DNA of 64,000 bases from positions 67,519 through 131,518 of the IMG/VR virus record IMGVR_UViG_3300032213_001988; one strand, given 5' to 3'. The notes below the pieces were generated by a model, which was given only the letters and a program-made list of their open reading frames with translations, was not told the DNA's origin and searched no databases. Both the position numbers and the translations under genes were made by a program. This document shows, piece by piece, positions 63,153 to 64,000 of the stretch. How positions within the stretch are numbered: position 1 is the stretch's first letter; each line of letters opens with the position of its first letter. Origin of the DNA: a virus.

Positions 63153-63998
63153 TTAAGCAGGACCTATAGTTGTAACTGTCCCTGAGGAGCCTCGGTACTT
63201 TAGGGCTCCAGCTTCTACATAAAGGATACCGCCGCCTGCTAAGTTGGCAGAAGGAGCTGCTCCGTTTTGCATAAGAAGTCTGTCTGCGTTGACATATTGG
63301 AAGTAGTCAATAGCCCCTGTAGGACCACCAGTGCCAGATAGCGCTACTAGAGTTGAGGTAGGTTTATCAAACACACAGTTTAGTATTGAGTAGTAACCGT
63401 TCAATACGACGGGGGCAACGTTGTTTAATGCTGAGGTTAGTATTTGGCAGTTTGCTAAGGTAATAACACTTGAAGCAGCAGAGGTAACGGCATTGGTCAC
63501 AGCGGCTGCCACGACGGAGTCAACAAGGCTTAAGGTTCCAGCAGTTAAGACTGGGGCAACAGTCACAGCACTTTTAACAATTACATTTGCGCTAGCGCCG
63601 TTAACTGTTATAAAGTTCGGGTTACCGCCAAAGATGGCAACTAGACCGCCACCAGTAATACTAGCAGCGCCAAGGTCACATAAACGAATAACAGTATAGT
63701 CAGCATTACTAGTTTTTGTAAGAGTTCCTGAAATTTCACAGTTAAGGATGTTTACATTTCCTGTGCCACTTGGTGTAGTAATAGTCAGGTTTGTCATCTT
63801 TATGCCAGAAATGGTGCAACCAGTGTTTGTGCTTACAGTTCCAGAGATTACGATGTTTCCACCAATAAGCCCAGGACCAGTTATGGTTGTGTACTGAGTT
63901 GTTATTGATGGGCTTTCAGTATAAGTTCCTGGATGAACAATAATTGTTTTGCGTTGTGCGGTTATTAAAGTTAGTGCTTTGGTAATAGAAGCAACTGG
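63153..63998 (-). CDS. Beta-helix minor tail/fibre protein (5' end outside the window)
   Basis: Frame open to the window edge: [12 protein letters not shown] beta-helix start; C-terminal [23 protein letters not shown] typical of actinophage tail proteins. Confidence 0.8.
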   Translation of the reverse strand, partial: PVASITKALTLITAQRKTIIVHPGTYTESPSITTQYTTITGPGLIGGNIVISGTVSTNTGCTISGIKMTNLTITTPSGTGNVNILNCEISGTLTKTSNADYTVIRLCDLGAASITGGGLVAIFGGNPNFITVNGASANVIVKSAVTVAPVLTAGTLSLVDSVVAAAVTNAVTSAASSVITLANCQILTSALNNVAPVVLNGYYSILNCVFDKPTSTLVALSGTGGPTGAIDYFQYVNADRLLMQNGAAPSANLAGGGILYVEAGALKYRGSSGTVTTIGPA

Positions 63999-64000
63999 AG

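Noticed and set aside
62929-63156. Plus-strand 75-aa ORF
   Set aside because: No RBS, atypical composition, and it overlaps a minus-strand promoter motif.
1-64000. tRNA, rRNA or tmRNA genes, integrase or prophage boundary, alternative genetic code
   Set aside because: No cloverleaf/TTCG-CCA patterns or rRNA motifs were noticed by eye (tRNAscan would be decisive). No recombinase was found. TAA, TAG and TGA all end genes normally.

Overview
This window is part of a large lytic-type tailed phage genome, most likely infecting a moderate/low-GC actinobacterium such as a freshwater lineage. The host call rests on two WhiB genes, DUF3039- and DUF7455-like genes, GAAAGG ribosome-binding sites and many leaderless genes. 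1-18.8 kb (minus strand): head and packaging operon with TerL, portal, a Dps ferritin, Cys-rich modules, a 2541-aa multi-enzyme protein (RSE-type ADP-ribosyltransferase, atypical kinase, second HYE-like ART) and a >1199-aa prohead protease that runs off the window edge and is missing from the ORF track. 19-37 kb (minus): early/host-takeover-like region of small genes driven by 19 near-identical extended -10 promoter cassettes with a shared start-associated motif. It also holds an HslV/proteasome-beta-like protease, a WGR protein, a MoxR AAA+/vWA pair and two copies of an apparently unnamed ~77-nt structured RNA. 37-42.5 kb: CHAP-like protein, TerS-like protein, holin-like protein and a glycosyltransferase. 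An AT-rich divergence point follows, then a 1421-aa PA14 surface protein, thermonuclease, CHAP endolysin, WhiBs, class II RNR, AdoMet decarboxylase, glycan genes, HNH nuclease, thioredoxin and the 3' end of a beta-helix tail protein. No tRNA, rRNA, CRISPR array or integrase was seen. Family assignments come from recalled motifs, not database searches.
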